Part shown: piece after piece, positions 29,082 through 37,819 of the stretch
Numbering within the stretch: the first letter of the stretch is position 1
Layout: every line of letters starts with the position of its first letter
From: Nitrososphaerota archaeon
GTDB lineage: Archaea > Thermoproteota > Nitrososphaeria > PSMU01
DNA length: 64,000 nt
Assembly (NCBI GenBank): GCA_040290255.1
Contig: PSMU01000001.1
Location: forward strand, 328,699 to 392,698
Reading direction: 5' to 3'
The notes under the pieces: generated by a model
Told to the model about the DNA's origin: nothing
The model's database searches: none
What the model saw: the letters and a program-made list of their open reading frames with translations, nothing else
Translations under genes and position numbers: made by a program

Positions 29082-29228
29082 ATGAGCACCGTCCAGGTCG
29101 AGGAGCCGCTCGAGGAGCTCCTGCCCCTGTGCGAGGCGAACCGCCAGCTGGTCGTCAACCCGCTGGCCTACGCCGCCAACGCCCACTTTAGGGTGGGGCC
29201 CCTCAGGCTCATAGACAAGGCTCCATAA
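29082..29228 (+). CDS. small 48-aa ORF (hypothetical), translationally coupled to downstream gene
   Basis: ATG preceded by TATA-like aaagcttaaat about 27 nt upstream; TAA stop 1 nt before next ATG; below ORF-track size cutoff. Confidence 0.25.
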   Translation: MSTVQVEEPLEELLPLCEANRQLVVNPLAYAANAHFRVGPLRLIDKAP

Positions 29229-29229
29229 T

Positions 29230-29730
29230 ATGGCAGAGCCGGAGTATAGGGATAGAGAGCTGGAGAACCTCCTGGGCCAGTTCCTAGTGGCCTCCTTTCA
29301 GAGCGAAAAGCTGGCCGAGCTGATCTACGACAGGCTGCGCTTCAGGAACACGGCCAAGGAGATGAAGGTGCTGCTGACCAGCAGCTTCAGCTCAAGGCCC
29401 CCGCTGCTCATCACGATAAGGGTGGAGCCCTATAACCCGCTTCCACAGGAGAAGGGGCAGGCCGAGGCCGAGGCGCTCAGGGCCTTCTGCGTGCTGGAGA
29501 GCCCGCCGCTCCACGTGGCGCCCGGCGATGTTAAGAATGAGGTCGAGGAGATCGTGGCCGGCAGCCTGAGGTGGTGGAGCAGCCAAGGGCACCACCATTA
29601 CCTTAAGCTCGACGAATGGCGCACATCGATCTACTTGGTGACGGCCAGGGACTATAGGGAGGCCAGGGAGGTGCACAGGATCCTGCAGGCGCTCGAAGCT
29701 AAGAGGAAGGGCGAGGCCTCGGGCCCCTAG
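29230..29730 (+). CDS. hypothetical protein (166 aa)
   Basis: Clean ORF with plausible codon usage; no family recognised. Confidence 0.4.
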   Translation: MAEPEYRDRELENLLGQFLVASFQSEKLAELIYDRLRFRNTAKEMKVLLTSSFSSRPPLLITIRVEPYNPLPQEKGQAEAEALRAFCVLESPPLHVAPGDVKNEVEEIVAGSLRWWSSQGHHHYLKLDEWRTSIYLVTARDYREAREVHRILQALEAKRKGEASGP

Positions 29731-29793
29731 GCCCCGCTCTGCTGCCAATTTTTCGAAAGCCTTAAAAGAGGTGAGCCTGGGCTATGGGCCAGC

Positions 29794-29961
29794 ATGGTAA
29801 TACATGGCTCAATCACCAAGGCGGGCAAGGTCAGGGCGCAGACGCCCAAGATACCGCCCAGGCCCAAGAAGAGCCCCATACCGAAGCACAGGGTGGCCAG
29901 AAACTACCACGTTAGGTTCCTGCTGAAGAGGAGGCCCGGGCAGCGGGCGCCGGGCGGCTAG
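29794..29961 (+). CDS. rps30e: ribosomal protein S30e
   Basis: 55-aa product MVIHGSITKAGKVRAQTPKIPPRPKK...RVARNYHVRFLLKRR matches eS30 (HGSLTKAGKVR.QTPK); not in ORF track (<60 aa). Confidence 0.75.
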   Translation: MVIHGSITKAGKVRAQTPKIPPRPKKSPIPKHRVARNYHVRFLLKRRPGQRAPGG

Positions 29962-29997
29962 GCTCACCTTTAACTTAACCCCCTTGCTTATCCTGTC

Positions 29998-31332
29998 GTG
30001 GAGCAGGACCCGCTACAGGGCTATACGGGCGAGGCCAGGAGCTACCTGGAGCGCAGGGGGGTAAAGGTGGGCGACCTGCTCAGGCTGAGGTTCAGGGGCG
30101 CCGAGATCAAGGGCACGTTGATGCCCCGCTATGGGCTGTACGCGGAGGCCAAGCTCGTGATCAAGCTGCCCAATGGGTACAATGTGGGCATCGACCTGGC
30201 CAGCATAGAGGGGCTGGAGAAGGCCGGCGAGGCAAGGGCACCTTCCTTCATCCCTCCTCCTTCGCCCTCGCCCCCTCCCTCGCTGCCCAGGGTCCGCCTC
30301 ATAGGCACGGGCGGCACCATCGCGAGCAGGATCGATTATGAGACGGGGGCCGTGCACGCCTTCCTGGACGCCTCTTCGCTCTACTCATCCTACCCCGAGC
30401 TGGCGAGCGTAGCGCTGCTGGAGCCCGTGCAGCTGTTCAACCTCTACAGCGAGGACATAGGCCCTGGGCACTGGAGCAGGATGGCGGAGGAGATCTGGAG
30501 GGGCGGAGAGGAGGCCCAGGGCTTCGTGGTGGCCCACGGCACGGACACGATGGGCTACACCGCGGCGGCGCTCAGCTTCTCGCTCAGGCACTTGGACAGG
30601 CCCGTTGTGCTGGTGGGCGCGCAGCGCTCCAGCGATAGGCCCTCCTCCGATTCCTTCACGAACCTGCTGGCCGCGATAAGGTTCGCCGCCCAGGCCCCCT
30701 GCGCGGGCGTCTTCGTGGCGATGCACGAGAGCCCCAGCGACCAGAGGATCGCCGTGCACCTGGGCACGCGGGTAAGGAAGTGCCATACCAGCAGGAGGGA
30801 TGCCTTCCGCTCCATCTCCATTCCCCCCGTGGGATATGTGGAGGGCGACAGGATCGCGCTCAGGCCCGGGCTCAGGGCCAGGGGGGAGGGCAAGGGGGGC
30901 GGGCTGCTTAACAAGTTCGAGGAGAGGGTGGCGCTGTTGAAGTTCTATCCGGGCATGAGGCCCGAGCAGCTGCTCTGGCTAAAGGAGGCGGGCTATAGGG
31001 GGGTCGTGCTGGAGGGCACGGGCCTGGGGCATGTGGCGCACCACCTTATCCCCGCGCTCAGGGAGCTGAGGGAGAGGGGCCTGCTGGTGGGCATGACCTC
31101 ACAGACGATCTGGGGCAGCCTGAGGATGACCGTGTATGAAACGGGCCGCAGGCTGCTGGAGGCGGGCGTGGTGCCCCTGAACATGATCCCCGAGACGGCG
31201 CTGGTGAAGATGATGTGGGCGCTGGGCAACGCGGGGAGCAGGGAAGGGGCCCTGGAGCTCCTGATGGAGCCCATCGCGGGCGAATTCCTCGAGAGGGAGG
31301 TGGCGGGCGGCCATGGCAGCGGCTCCGAGTAG
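29998..31332 (+). CDS. gatD: Glu-tRNA(Gln) amidotransferase subunit D
   Basis: Asparaginase-like domain (LIGTGGTIAS..., HGTDTM) with GatD N-domain; followed by gatE. Confidence 0.9.
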   Translation: MEQDPLQGYTGEARSYLERRGVKVGDLLRLRFRGAEIKGTLMPRYGLYAEAKLVIKLPNGYNVGIDLASIEGLEKAGEARAPSFIPPPSPSPPPSLPRVRLIGTGGTIASRIDYETGAVHAFLDASSLYSSYPELASVALLEPVQLFNLYSEDIGPGHWSRMAEEIWRGGEEAQGFVVAHGTDTMGYTAAALSFSLRHLDRPVVLVGAQRSSDRPSSDSFTNLLAAIRFAAQAPCAGVFVAMHESPSDQRIAVHLGTRVRKCHTSRRDAFRSISIPPVGYVEGDRIALRPGLRARGEGKGGGLLNKFEERVALLKFYPGMRPEQLLWLKEAGYRGVVLEGTGLGHVAHHLIPALRELRERGLLVGMTSQTIWGSLRMTVYETGRRLLEAGVVPLNMIPETALVKMMWALGNAGSREGALELLMEPIAGEFLEREVAGGHGSGSE

Positions 31333-33241
31333 CGAAGGCGGCCTGAAGGTGGGCCTGGAGGTCCACCAGCAGCTGGCCACGAGGCACAAGCTCTTCTGCG
31401 CCTGTCCCACGCAGGGAAAGGCCGCCCAGGGGCCGGTGGTGGTGAGGAGGCTCAGGCCCACTCAGAGCGAGCTGGGCGAGATAGACCCCGCGGCCAGGTA
31501 TGAATTCGAGAGGGGGCTCGAGTACAGGTACATCGCCCCTCCCGAGCTCAGCTGCCTCGTCGAGCTCGACGAGGAGCCGCCCAGGGAGCTCAACAGGGAG
31601 GCGCTGGAGGCCGCGCTCCTGGTGGCGCTGAGGCTCAGGGCCACGGTCGTAGATGAGGTGCACGTGATGAGGAAGATCGTGATCGATGGCTCGAACACCA
31701 CGGGCTTTCAGAGGACGGCCGTCATCGCGCTAGGGGGGTGGTTTGAGCATGCGGGCAGGAGGATAGGCGTGCAGACGATAACGCTCGAGGAAGACTCGGC
31801 CCGCCTCGTGGAGGCGGGCGAGGGCTACAGGACCTTCAACCTTGACCGGCTGGGCCTGCCCCTGGTGGAGGTTTCGCTGGAGCCCATCTCAGGGCCGCCC
31901 GCGCTCGTGCAGGAGGTGGCCCTGGCGCTGGGCAGGATCCTCAGGTCCACGAGGAGGGTCGCGAGGGGGCTGGGCACCATCCGGCAGGACCTCAACATCT
32001 CCTTGGGCGGGGGGCCCGTGGTGGAGGTGAAGGGCGTGCAGCAGCTCGAGCTCGTGGGCAAGGTCGTGGACTACGAGCACAGGAGGCAGCTCTGGCTTCG
32101 CAGGCTGGCGCAGGAGCTGAGGGGCATGGGGTTCGAGGAGAGGGCGAAGGAGCTGAGGCCCCTTGAGGTGACGCCGCTGGTGCTGGGGGGCTCGGGCCCG
32201 CTGGCAAAGGCGGCGGGCAGGGGCGAGCCCGTCTTTGCCCTCCCGCTTCCCCTCTTGGCCGGCAGGCTGGGGAGAGGGCCCTCGCCCGACCTGAGGTTGG
32301 GCCTGGAGCTGGCCGACGTGGCCAGGGCCTTCGGCCTTGGCGGCATAATCCACTCGGACGAGCTTCCGGGCTACGGGCTGGAGGGGGGCGCGGTGGAGCG
32401 GATCAGGGCCCAGCTGGGGCTCGATGCGCGCGACGGCTTCCTGCTGCTGGCCGGGCCCCAGCCCAGGCTCTTCCTGGCCCTGGAGGCCCTGGCCAAAAGG
32501 GTTAGGGCGCTGGGCGAGGGGGTGCCCGCGGAGACCAGGGGGCCCACGCCCGAAGGGCGAACGCGCTACCAGCGCCCGCGCCCTGGCGCGGCGAGGCTTT
32601 ATCCTGAGACGGACATACCCCCCATACCCGTGCCTCGAGCCTGGCTCAGGGAGCTGGAGGCGGCGCTGCCGCCGGGCTGGGAGGAGGAGGTGGCCCGGCT
32701 CAGGGCCCTCTACGGGCTCAGCGCCCAGCTGGCCGAGAAGCTCTACGATAGCGACTACCTGGCGCTCTTTGAGGCCCTCTGCGCCCCTCGGCGCCTCGCC
32801 CCCTCCTTCGTGGCCTCTCTTCTCACCGATGGCCTCGTGACGTTGAGGCGAGAGGGCCTGCCCGTGCAGGAGGTGGAGGAAACCACGCTCAGGGAGCTCG
32901 TCTCGCTCGTGGAGCAGGGCAGGGTGGCGAAGGAGGCGGCGCTCGACCTGCTGCGCGCGAAGCTGAAGGGGGGCTACGCGACGGTACAGGAGGCCCTCGA
33001 GGCCCTGAAGATCAGGCCGATGGGCGAGGAGGAGCTGAAGGCCCACCTGAGGCGCCTGGTGGACAGAAACGAGGAGGTGATAGCCCAAAGGGGCGAGAGG
33101 GCCCTCTCCGCCCTGATGGGGGAGGCCATGGCGGAGCTAAGGGGCAGGGCCGACGGGGCGCTTGTAAACAGCCTGTTAACCCGGCTGCTCAAGGAGAAGC
33201 TCGAGCAGCTGGGCCGGTCCCAAAAGGTTAAAAGCAAATAA
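31313..33241 (+). CDS. gatE: Glu-tRNA(Gln) amidotransferase subunit E
   Basis: GatE/GatB-like architecture (LKVGLEVHQQL..., AspRS-like insertion, C-terminal YqeY-like tail). Confidence 0.9.
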   Translation: MAAAPSSEGGLKVGLEVHQQLATRHKLFCACPTQGKAAQGPVVVRRLRPTQSELGEIDPAARYEFERGLEYRYIAPPELSCLVELDEEPPRELNREALEAALLVALRLRATVVDEVHVMRKIVIDGSNTTGFQRTAVIALGGWFEHAGRRIGVQTITLEEDSARLVEAGEGYRTFNLDRLGLPLVEVSLEPISGPPALVQEVALALGRILRSTRRVARGLGTIRQDLNISLGGGPVVEVKGVQQLELVGKVVDYEHRRQLWLRRLAQELRGMGFEERAKELRPLEVTPLVLGGSGPLAKAAGRGEPVFALPLPLLAGRLGRGPSPDLRLGLELADVARAFGLGGIIHSDELPGYGLEGGAVERIRAQLGLDARDGFLLLAGPQPRLFLALEALAKRVRALGEGVPAETRGPTPEGRTRYQRPRPGAARLYPETDIPPIPVPRAWLRELEAALPPGWEEEVARLRALYGLSAQLAEKLYDSDYLALFEALCAPRRLAPSFVASLLTDGLVTLRREGLPVQEVEETTLRELVSLVEQGRVAKEAALDLLRAKLKGGYATVQEALEALKIRPMGEEELKAHLRRLVDRNEEVIAQRGERALSALMGEAMAELRGRADGALVNSLLTRLLKEKLEQLGRSQKVKSK

Positions 33242-33257
33242 CTTCACGGAATTTGCA

Positions 33258-33704
33258 ATGGCTTCGCCGCCTATAAGGCTCAGGATGAAGATAGGAGCAA
33301 ATGAAGTGGAAATAGAGGCCCCCCTGGAGCTCTGGGAGGAGGCCATGGAGAAGGTCGACCTGCTGCTGGACAGGATCACGCAGGCCTCCGCCGCGGGGCC
33401 CACGACCCCCGCTCCCCCCAGCTCGCCCCCCGAGCTCCCCTCCGTCAAGATCGACCCGAAGATGTCGCTGACGGAAATACTCGAAAGGTTCTTCTCGGAC
33501 CCCTGGGGCAGCAAGCCCCGGCGCCTGGGCGATGTTAGGTCGGTGCTGCACTCCTATGGCCTCACGTACCCTAAATCCTCGGTGGCCGTGGCGCTGCTGC
33601 GCCTTGCCCAGGCGGGCAAGATCAGGCGGTTCAAGGAGGGCAACGAGTACGTGTACGTGGCCGCGCATCCTCCTCTTTCATCGCCCCCTGAGGCCGTGGC
33701 ATGA
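33258..33704 (+). CDS. hypothetical protein, paralog 1 of a three-member family (N-terminal beta domain + Pro-rich linker + C-terminal wHTH)
   Basis: IRLRMKIGANEVEIEAP aligns with paralog 3 VRIVLRHGDWTIEVEAP; C-terminal wHTH-like ...VAVALLRLAQAGKIRRFKEGNEYVYV. Confidence 0.5.
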   Translation: MASPPIRLRMKIGANEVEIEAPLELWEEAMEKVDLLLDRITQASAAGPTTPAPPSSPPELPSVKIDPKMSLTEILERFFSDPWGSKPRRLGDVRSVLHSYGLTYPKSSVAVALLRLAQAGKIRRFKEGNEYVYVAAHPPLSSPPEAVA

Positions 33705-34228
33705 GCGAGGAGATAGAGGCGGAGCTCGTCATCGGCGAGGTGAGGACAAGGTTCAGGGGCCCCGCCGAGAGGCTCATGTCCTTCCTGCTGGAGTTCGCCG
33801 CTAAGTACGTGCCCCAGCTGCAGCTGGCCTCAAAGCTCTGCCTCAGCTATTCGCTGGCGGAGCTGGCGGAGAAGTTCGGCGACTACGTAAAGATAACGCC
33901 CGAGGGCCCCCGCGTCATGGCGGACGAAAGGCTCTCGGACAAGGCGCAGGTGGCGCTGCAGCTGCTGGCCCAGCGGATCGCCAAGGAGCTGGGCAGGGCC
34001 CCCACGGACGCCCTTCAGGTCAAGGAGATCTGCCAGCTCACGGGCCTAAAGGAGAAGTCCGTGAGCTCCCGGCTGAGCGAGATGAGCTTAGAGCAGCACG
34101 TGGAGAGGGTGAAGGAGGGGAAGGCCGTAAAGTACAGGCTGGCAACGCTGGGCATAAAGTGGCTCGAGGAGTATATCAGGAAGCAGCTGAAGGCCCCTGC
34201 CCCGGCGGCCTCTTCTGTATATACGTAA
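33701..34228 (+). CDS. hypothetical protein, paralog 2 (N-terminal beta domain + C-terminal wHTH)
   Basis: ATGA overlap with paralog 1; similar domain order; wHTH-like LTGLKEKSVSSRLSEMSLEQHVERVKEGKAVKYRL. Confidence 0.5.
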   Translation: MSEEIEAELVIGEVRTRFRGPAERLMSFLLEFAAKYVPQLQLASKLCLSYSLAELAEKFGDYVKITPEGPRVMADERLSDKAQVALQLLAQRIAKELGRAPTDALQVKEICQLTGLKEKSVSSRLSEMSLEQHVERVKEGKAVKYRLATLGIKWLEEYIRKQLKAPAPAASSVYT

Positions 34229-34658
34229 AGCGCCTGGGCTCGCCCCTTCGCGCCAGCAGCCCCTCCCTCACGAGCTCCGCCAATACGTGAGCTATGGCGG
34301 AGCGGTCATAGTTGTAGCCCCTCTTCCTGAGCTCTAGGTCCACCTCGCTCAGCACCCTCTCTTGGGAGAACCAGCCCTCGCTCCAGAGCCGCTCCACGAG
34401 CCCCCTGCACGTCGCCGCCGGCTTGAGGGGCTCGGCCCTGGCCTCCTGCTCCAGCTTTGGAGGGGGCTGGGCCCTGGCCATCCCGGCCAGCACGTCTTCG
34501 ACCACCTCCCTAACCCTGGCCGCCGGCGCCTCCACCTCGATCGTCCAGTCGCCGTGCCTCAGCACTATCCTTACCTTCTCGGGCTCCTCCTGCTTGCGCT
34601 CAGGGGTCCCCGCGCCCTCATCTTGTTGTTGCGCATCTTGCGCAACATTTATAAGCAC
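34176..34658 (-). CDS. hypothetical protein, paralog 3 (low-complexity N-term, beta domain, C-terminal wHTH)
   Basis: VRIVLRHGDWTIEVEAPAARVREVVEDVL matches paralog 1; wHTH-like ...AIAHVLAELVREGLLARRGEPRRFTYI; GTG start uncertain. Confidence 0.45.
   Translation of the reverse strand: MLINVAQDAQQQDEGAGTPERKQEEPEKVRIVLRHGDWTIEVEAPAARVREVVEDVLAGMARAQPPPKLEQEARAEPLKPAATCRGLVERLWSEGWFSQERVLSEVDLELRKRGYNYDRSAIAHVLAELVREGLLARRGEPRRFTYIQKRPPGQGPSAAS
34628..34646. promoter_or_regulatory. perfect inverted repeat GTTGCGCA-TCT-TGCGCAAC in bidirectional region with TGTTGTTG repeats
   Basis: Seen directly; lies at the 5' end of paralog 3 and upstream of the nurA-like gene. Confidence 0.3.
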
Positions 34659-34705
34659 GGCACTTGCACCTGTTGTTGGGCAACTTGAACAACCAAATAA
34701 AGCTT

Positions 34706-35653
34706 ATGGCCGTCCTTGACCCTCCTCTCCCCTTCAACGCGGGCCTGGAGGAGCTGGTGAAGGCGGAGGTGATCTTCCTGAGGGGGGAGCAGGAGCCCGA
34801 GCCGCTCTTCGCGGCGCAGGGGGGGCCTCTCTTTCGCCGCGTTTCGGGCGAGGGCAGGGGCGCCCGGGTGGCGGCCGTCGACTCCTCCTGCAGGAGGATA
34901 GGCGAGACGCTCAGGGGCACCATCTACGCCACAAGGGTCGCCTGCGTGCTCTGCCGCGAGAAGAAGGTGCTGGGCCACATGAGGCTGGGCCCCTTCCTGA
35001 GTTACCTGACCGACGATATGCTGGCCAGGCTCGCGCGCCCGCTGCCGCTGCAGGATCTGCTGGCGGTGGACCCAGGCTTTGCTGAGAGGTTCCTGAGGCG
35101 CATGGCGGAGAGGTGGCTGCAGCGCCAGCTGGTGTTGGAAGGGGAGCTGGACTACTTGCTAATCGATGGTCCGCTGACCTTTCCCCTGCCCGAGCCCCCG
35201 CCCTATGGCCTGAGGGCGCTGCTCGATGAGGCCAGGAAGAGGGGCACGGCGCTTTTGGGCCTATCGAAGACGACGCGCCTCAGGGCGCTGATGAAGGCCC
35301 TCTCTTATCTGGGCCGCGCTGAAGATGCGCCCTGCTACATGAAGGTGAGGGAGCCGGATGCGGGGGCCATAGCCACCTACGTGGTGCGCCTCACCAAGGG
35401 GGGCGAGTGCTTCAGGCTGGACCTGGATGAGCGGGCCTGCACGATCGAAGGGGCGCTGCTGGACCTGAGGCGCAACGATGCCCTGACCGCGGGCTATCCG
35501 GAGGGGCTCCGGCTAGCCCATCACCTCTGCGTCATAGGCGACGTGGATATGGCCTCGGTGGCAAGCTACATCATGGCCAAGCTGGGCGCCCAGCAGGTCT
35601 CCTTCCTGCCGAGGAGAAGGCTGCTCCTCCCCGTGCCGGGGCCCAGGGCATGA
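34706..35653 (+). CDS. nurA: NurA-like nuclease (tentative)
   Basis: AAVDSS (motif I-like Asp) and LLIDGPL (DGS-like motif) plus tight ATGA coupling to a HerA-like ATPase; assignment by motif recollection and context, not alignment. Confidence 0.5.
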   Translation: MAVLDPPLPFNAGLEELVKAEVIFLRGEQEPEPLFAAQGGPLFRRVSGEGRGARVAAVDSSCRRIGETLRGTIYATRVACVLCREKKVLGHMRLGPFLSYLTDDMLARLARPLPLQDLLAVDPGFAERFLRRMAERWLQRQLVLEGELDYLLIDGPLTFPLPEPPPYGLRALLDEARKRGTALLGLSKTTRLRALMKALSYLGRAEDAPCYMKVREPDAGAIATYVVRLTKGGECFRLDLDERACTIEGALLDLRRNDALTAGYPEGLRLAHHLCVIGDVDMASVASYIMAKLGAQQVSFLPRRRLLLPVPGPRA

Positions 35654-37101
35654 AGCTGCTGCAGAAGAGGGGCGATGAAGTGCTCCTGCTCTGCTCGCCG
35701 CGGGAGGAGGTGAGCCTGGGCGAGTACCTCTCGGTGAGCGATGGCGGGGGAAGGGCGCTGATCGTCCAGGCCTATGAGCAGTCATACCTCGAGTACCCGG
35801 GCATGCTGGAGGAGCTGGTGAGGGAGGAGATCGTGGAGTCGCTGGGCCAGGGCGAGGAGCGGGATCCCCTGGAGATAAGGAACTTCAACCAGCTGCTCAG
35901 GGACCTAAAGCTGGTGAGGTGCAAGGTGAGGGGCGTGCTGAGCGGCGGCAGGCTGAGCCTGGAGGCGGGCTGGCTTCCATCCAGGTCGAGGGCGCTGGTG
36001 AGGAGAGTGAGCATGCCCGAGCTGCTCCGCGCCCAGGGCGTGCAGAGCCGGAGGCCGCTGAAGCTGGGCGAGGCCCAGGGGGAGGAGCACTCCATCTGCT
36101 GGGAGGACCTGGATGGCAAGCTCACGCTCATCCTGGGCAGGAAGGAGACGGGCAAGTCGCACCTGGCCAAGCTGCTGGCGACGGGCCTTGTCCAGGCCGG
36201 CGCGGGCGTGCTCGTCTTCGACATCAACAACGAGTACCTGGCCCTGACCAAGGCGGAGGAGCTGGAGGGCCGGGCCCAGGCGCTCACGCCCTCCTCGAGC
36301 CTGCTCTTTTCGCTTCAGGGCCTGGGCCTCGGCGTCATGGTCAGGATCGTGGAATGGGCCCTCGAGACGCCCGCCATTTCGGTAAGGGAGTTCGCGCGCC
36401 TCTGGAGGGCCTGTGAGGCCGAGGGCCGGCTCACGCTCGATGCCCTGCTCGAGAGGGCCGAGCAGGCGCGCATGAACGAACACGTGAGGGAGGCGCTGGT
36501 ATCGAGGCTGCTGGCGCTCAGGGGCTCCAGGCTCTTCTCTGAATGGCCTAAGCCTCCGGAGCTCTCCTCGCTCTTCTACCGGGAGGGCGGGCAGCTGACC
36601 GTGCTCGCGCTGAGGCACCTGAGCAGGCTCCAGAGGCGCATCCTCGTGGAGGCGCTGCTGGGCAAGGCCCTGGAACTGCTGAGCCTGGAGCGCATCCCGC
36701 CCATCTTTGTCCTCGCGGAGGAGGCCCACCTGTATTTGGGCGAGACGCACTGGGACGACCTGATCACCAGGATGAGGCACTACGGCATCTTCCCCATCTT
36801 CGTCACCAACCAGCCCGACGCGGTGCCCGAGACGGTATACCGGCAGCTGGACAACCTTTTCCTCTTCAACGTGAATAGCGAGAGGGATGTCGAGCGCATC
36901 AGCGCCTGCCTGGGGCTCGATGCGCAGTCCACGGCGGCCATAGCCAAGGGCCTCCCGATGGGCCACTGCCTCATCGTGGGCCTCGCCTCCCATGGCCTGC
37001 CGGTGGTGAGCAGGATAAGATCGCTGGGGGCGGAGGCGGGCGGCGCCACCCGCAGCTTCCTGGCATGGCAGCAAAAGGCTATTAAGCAAAGCACCTCGTA
37101 G
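35650..37101 (+). CDS. herA: HerA/FtsK-superfamily ATPase (HerA-like)
   Basis: N-terminal HAS-barrel-like segment, Walker A GRKETGKSH, Walker B IFVLAEEAH(LY) typical of HerA/FtsK clade. Confidence 0.7.
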   Translation: MKLLQKRGDEVLLLCSPREEVSLGEYLSVSDGGGRALIVQAYEQSYLEYPGMLEELVREEIVESLGQGEERDPLEIRNFNQLLRDLKLVRCKVRGVLSGGRLSLEAGWLPSRSRALVRRVSMPELLRAQGVQSRRPLKLGEAQGEEHSICWEDLDGKLTLILGRKETGKSHLAKLLATGLVQAGAGVLVFDINNEYLALTKAEELEGRAQALTPSSSLLFSLQGLGLGVMVRIVEWALETPAISVREFARLWRACEAEGRLTLDALLERAEQARMNEHVREALVSRLLALRGSRLFSEWPKPPELSSLFYREGGQLTVLALRHLSRLQRRILVEALLGKALELLSLERIPPIFVLAEEAHLYLGETHWDDLITRMRHYGIFPIFVTNQPDAVPETVYRQLDNLFLFNVNSERDVERISACLGLDAQSTAAIAKGLPMGHCLIVGLASHGLPVVSRIRSLGAEAGGATRSFLAWQQKAIKQSTS

Positions 37102-37110
37102 CGGGCCAAG

Positions 37111-37818
37111 TTGTCGCGCCAGCTGAGGGCGACGCTGGAGAGGCTGGCGGGCCACATAGCGCTGCACTCGAACCCCTCATCCGTGCTCCGCCAGCTCAGG
37201 CTGAGGCTTCATCTCAGCCTGACGGAGATGGCGCGGCTCATGCGCATATCGCCCTCAATGGTCTGCGACTACGAGAAGGGCAGGAGGCAGCCGGGCCTCG
37301 GGTACGTGAAGAGGTACGTGGAGGCCATTTCGGTTAAGCTCTCGGAGCTGCAGAGGGGGGCCACGCTGGAGGGCCTGGAGTTCACGGAGCGGCTCAACGA
37401 GGCGATCATGGCCATCGGCGACTACCAGAACTCGATCACGGTGCAGCGCGCGCTGGAGGCGCTGGGGGCGCAGCCCCTGACGCGCTATGAGCCCCAGGCC
37501 CCCCTGTACGGCTACACCGTGCTCGACAGCCTGAAGGCGATCAGGGCCCTGAGCGGCTTCGAGTTCCTGTATATCTTTGGCTCTAACGCGGAGAGGGTCC
37601 TGGTCTTCACGAGGGTGGGCCTGGGCAGGTCGCCCATGGTGGCCGTGAGGATCTCGCCGCTGAAGCCCAGGCTGGTGGTGGTCCACGGGCCGCTGAAGGT
37701 GGACCCCCTGGCCGTGGAGCTGGCCGAGAGGGATGGCGTGGCGCTGGCCCTCGCCGAGAAGCCCGAGGTTAAGGAGCTGGTGGCGGGCCTGCAGAGGGCC
37801 TTCGCCGAGGGCCTCTAG
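37111..37818 (+). CDS. XRE-family HTH transcriptional regulator with C-terminal domain of unknown function (COG1395-like)
   Basis: LSLTEMARLMRISPSMVCDYEKGRRQP Cro/C1-type HTH; conserved archaeal two-domain architecture. Confidence 0.55.
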   Translation: MSRQLRATLERLAGHIALHSNPSSVLRQLRLRLHLSLTEMARLMRISPSMVCDYEKGRRQPGLGYVKRYVEAISVKLSELQRGATLEGLEFTERLNEAIMAIGDYQNSITVQRALEALGAQPLTRYEPQAPLYGYTVLDSLKAIRALSGFEFLYIFGSNAERVLVFTRVGLGRSPMVAVRISPLKPRLVVVHGPLKVDPLAVELAERDGVALALAEKPEVKELVAGLQRAFAEGL

Positions 37819-37819
37819 C

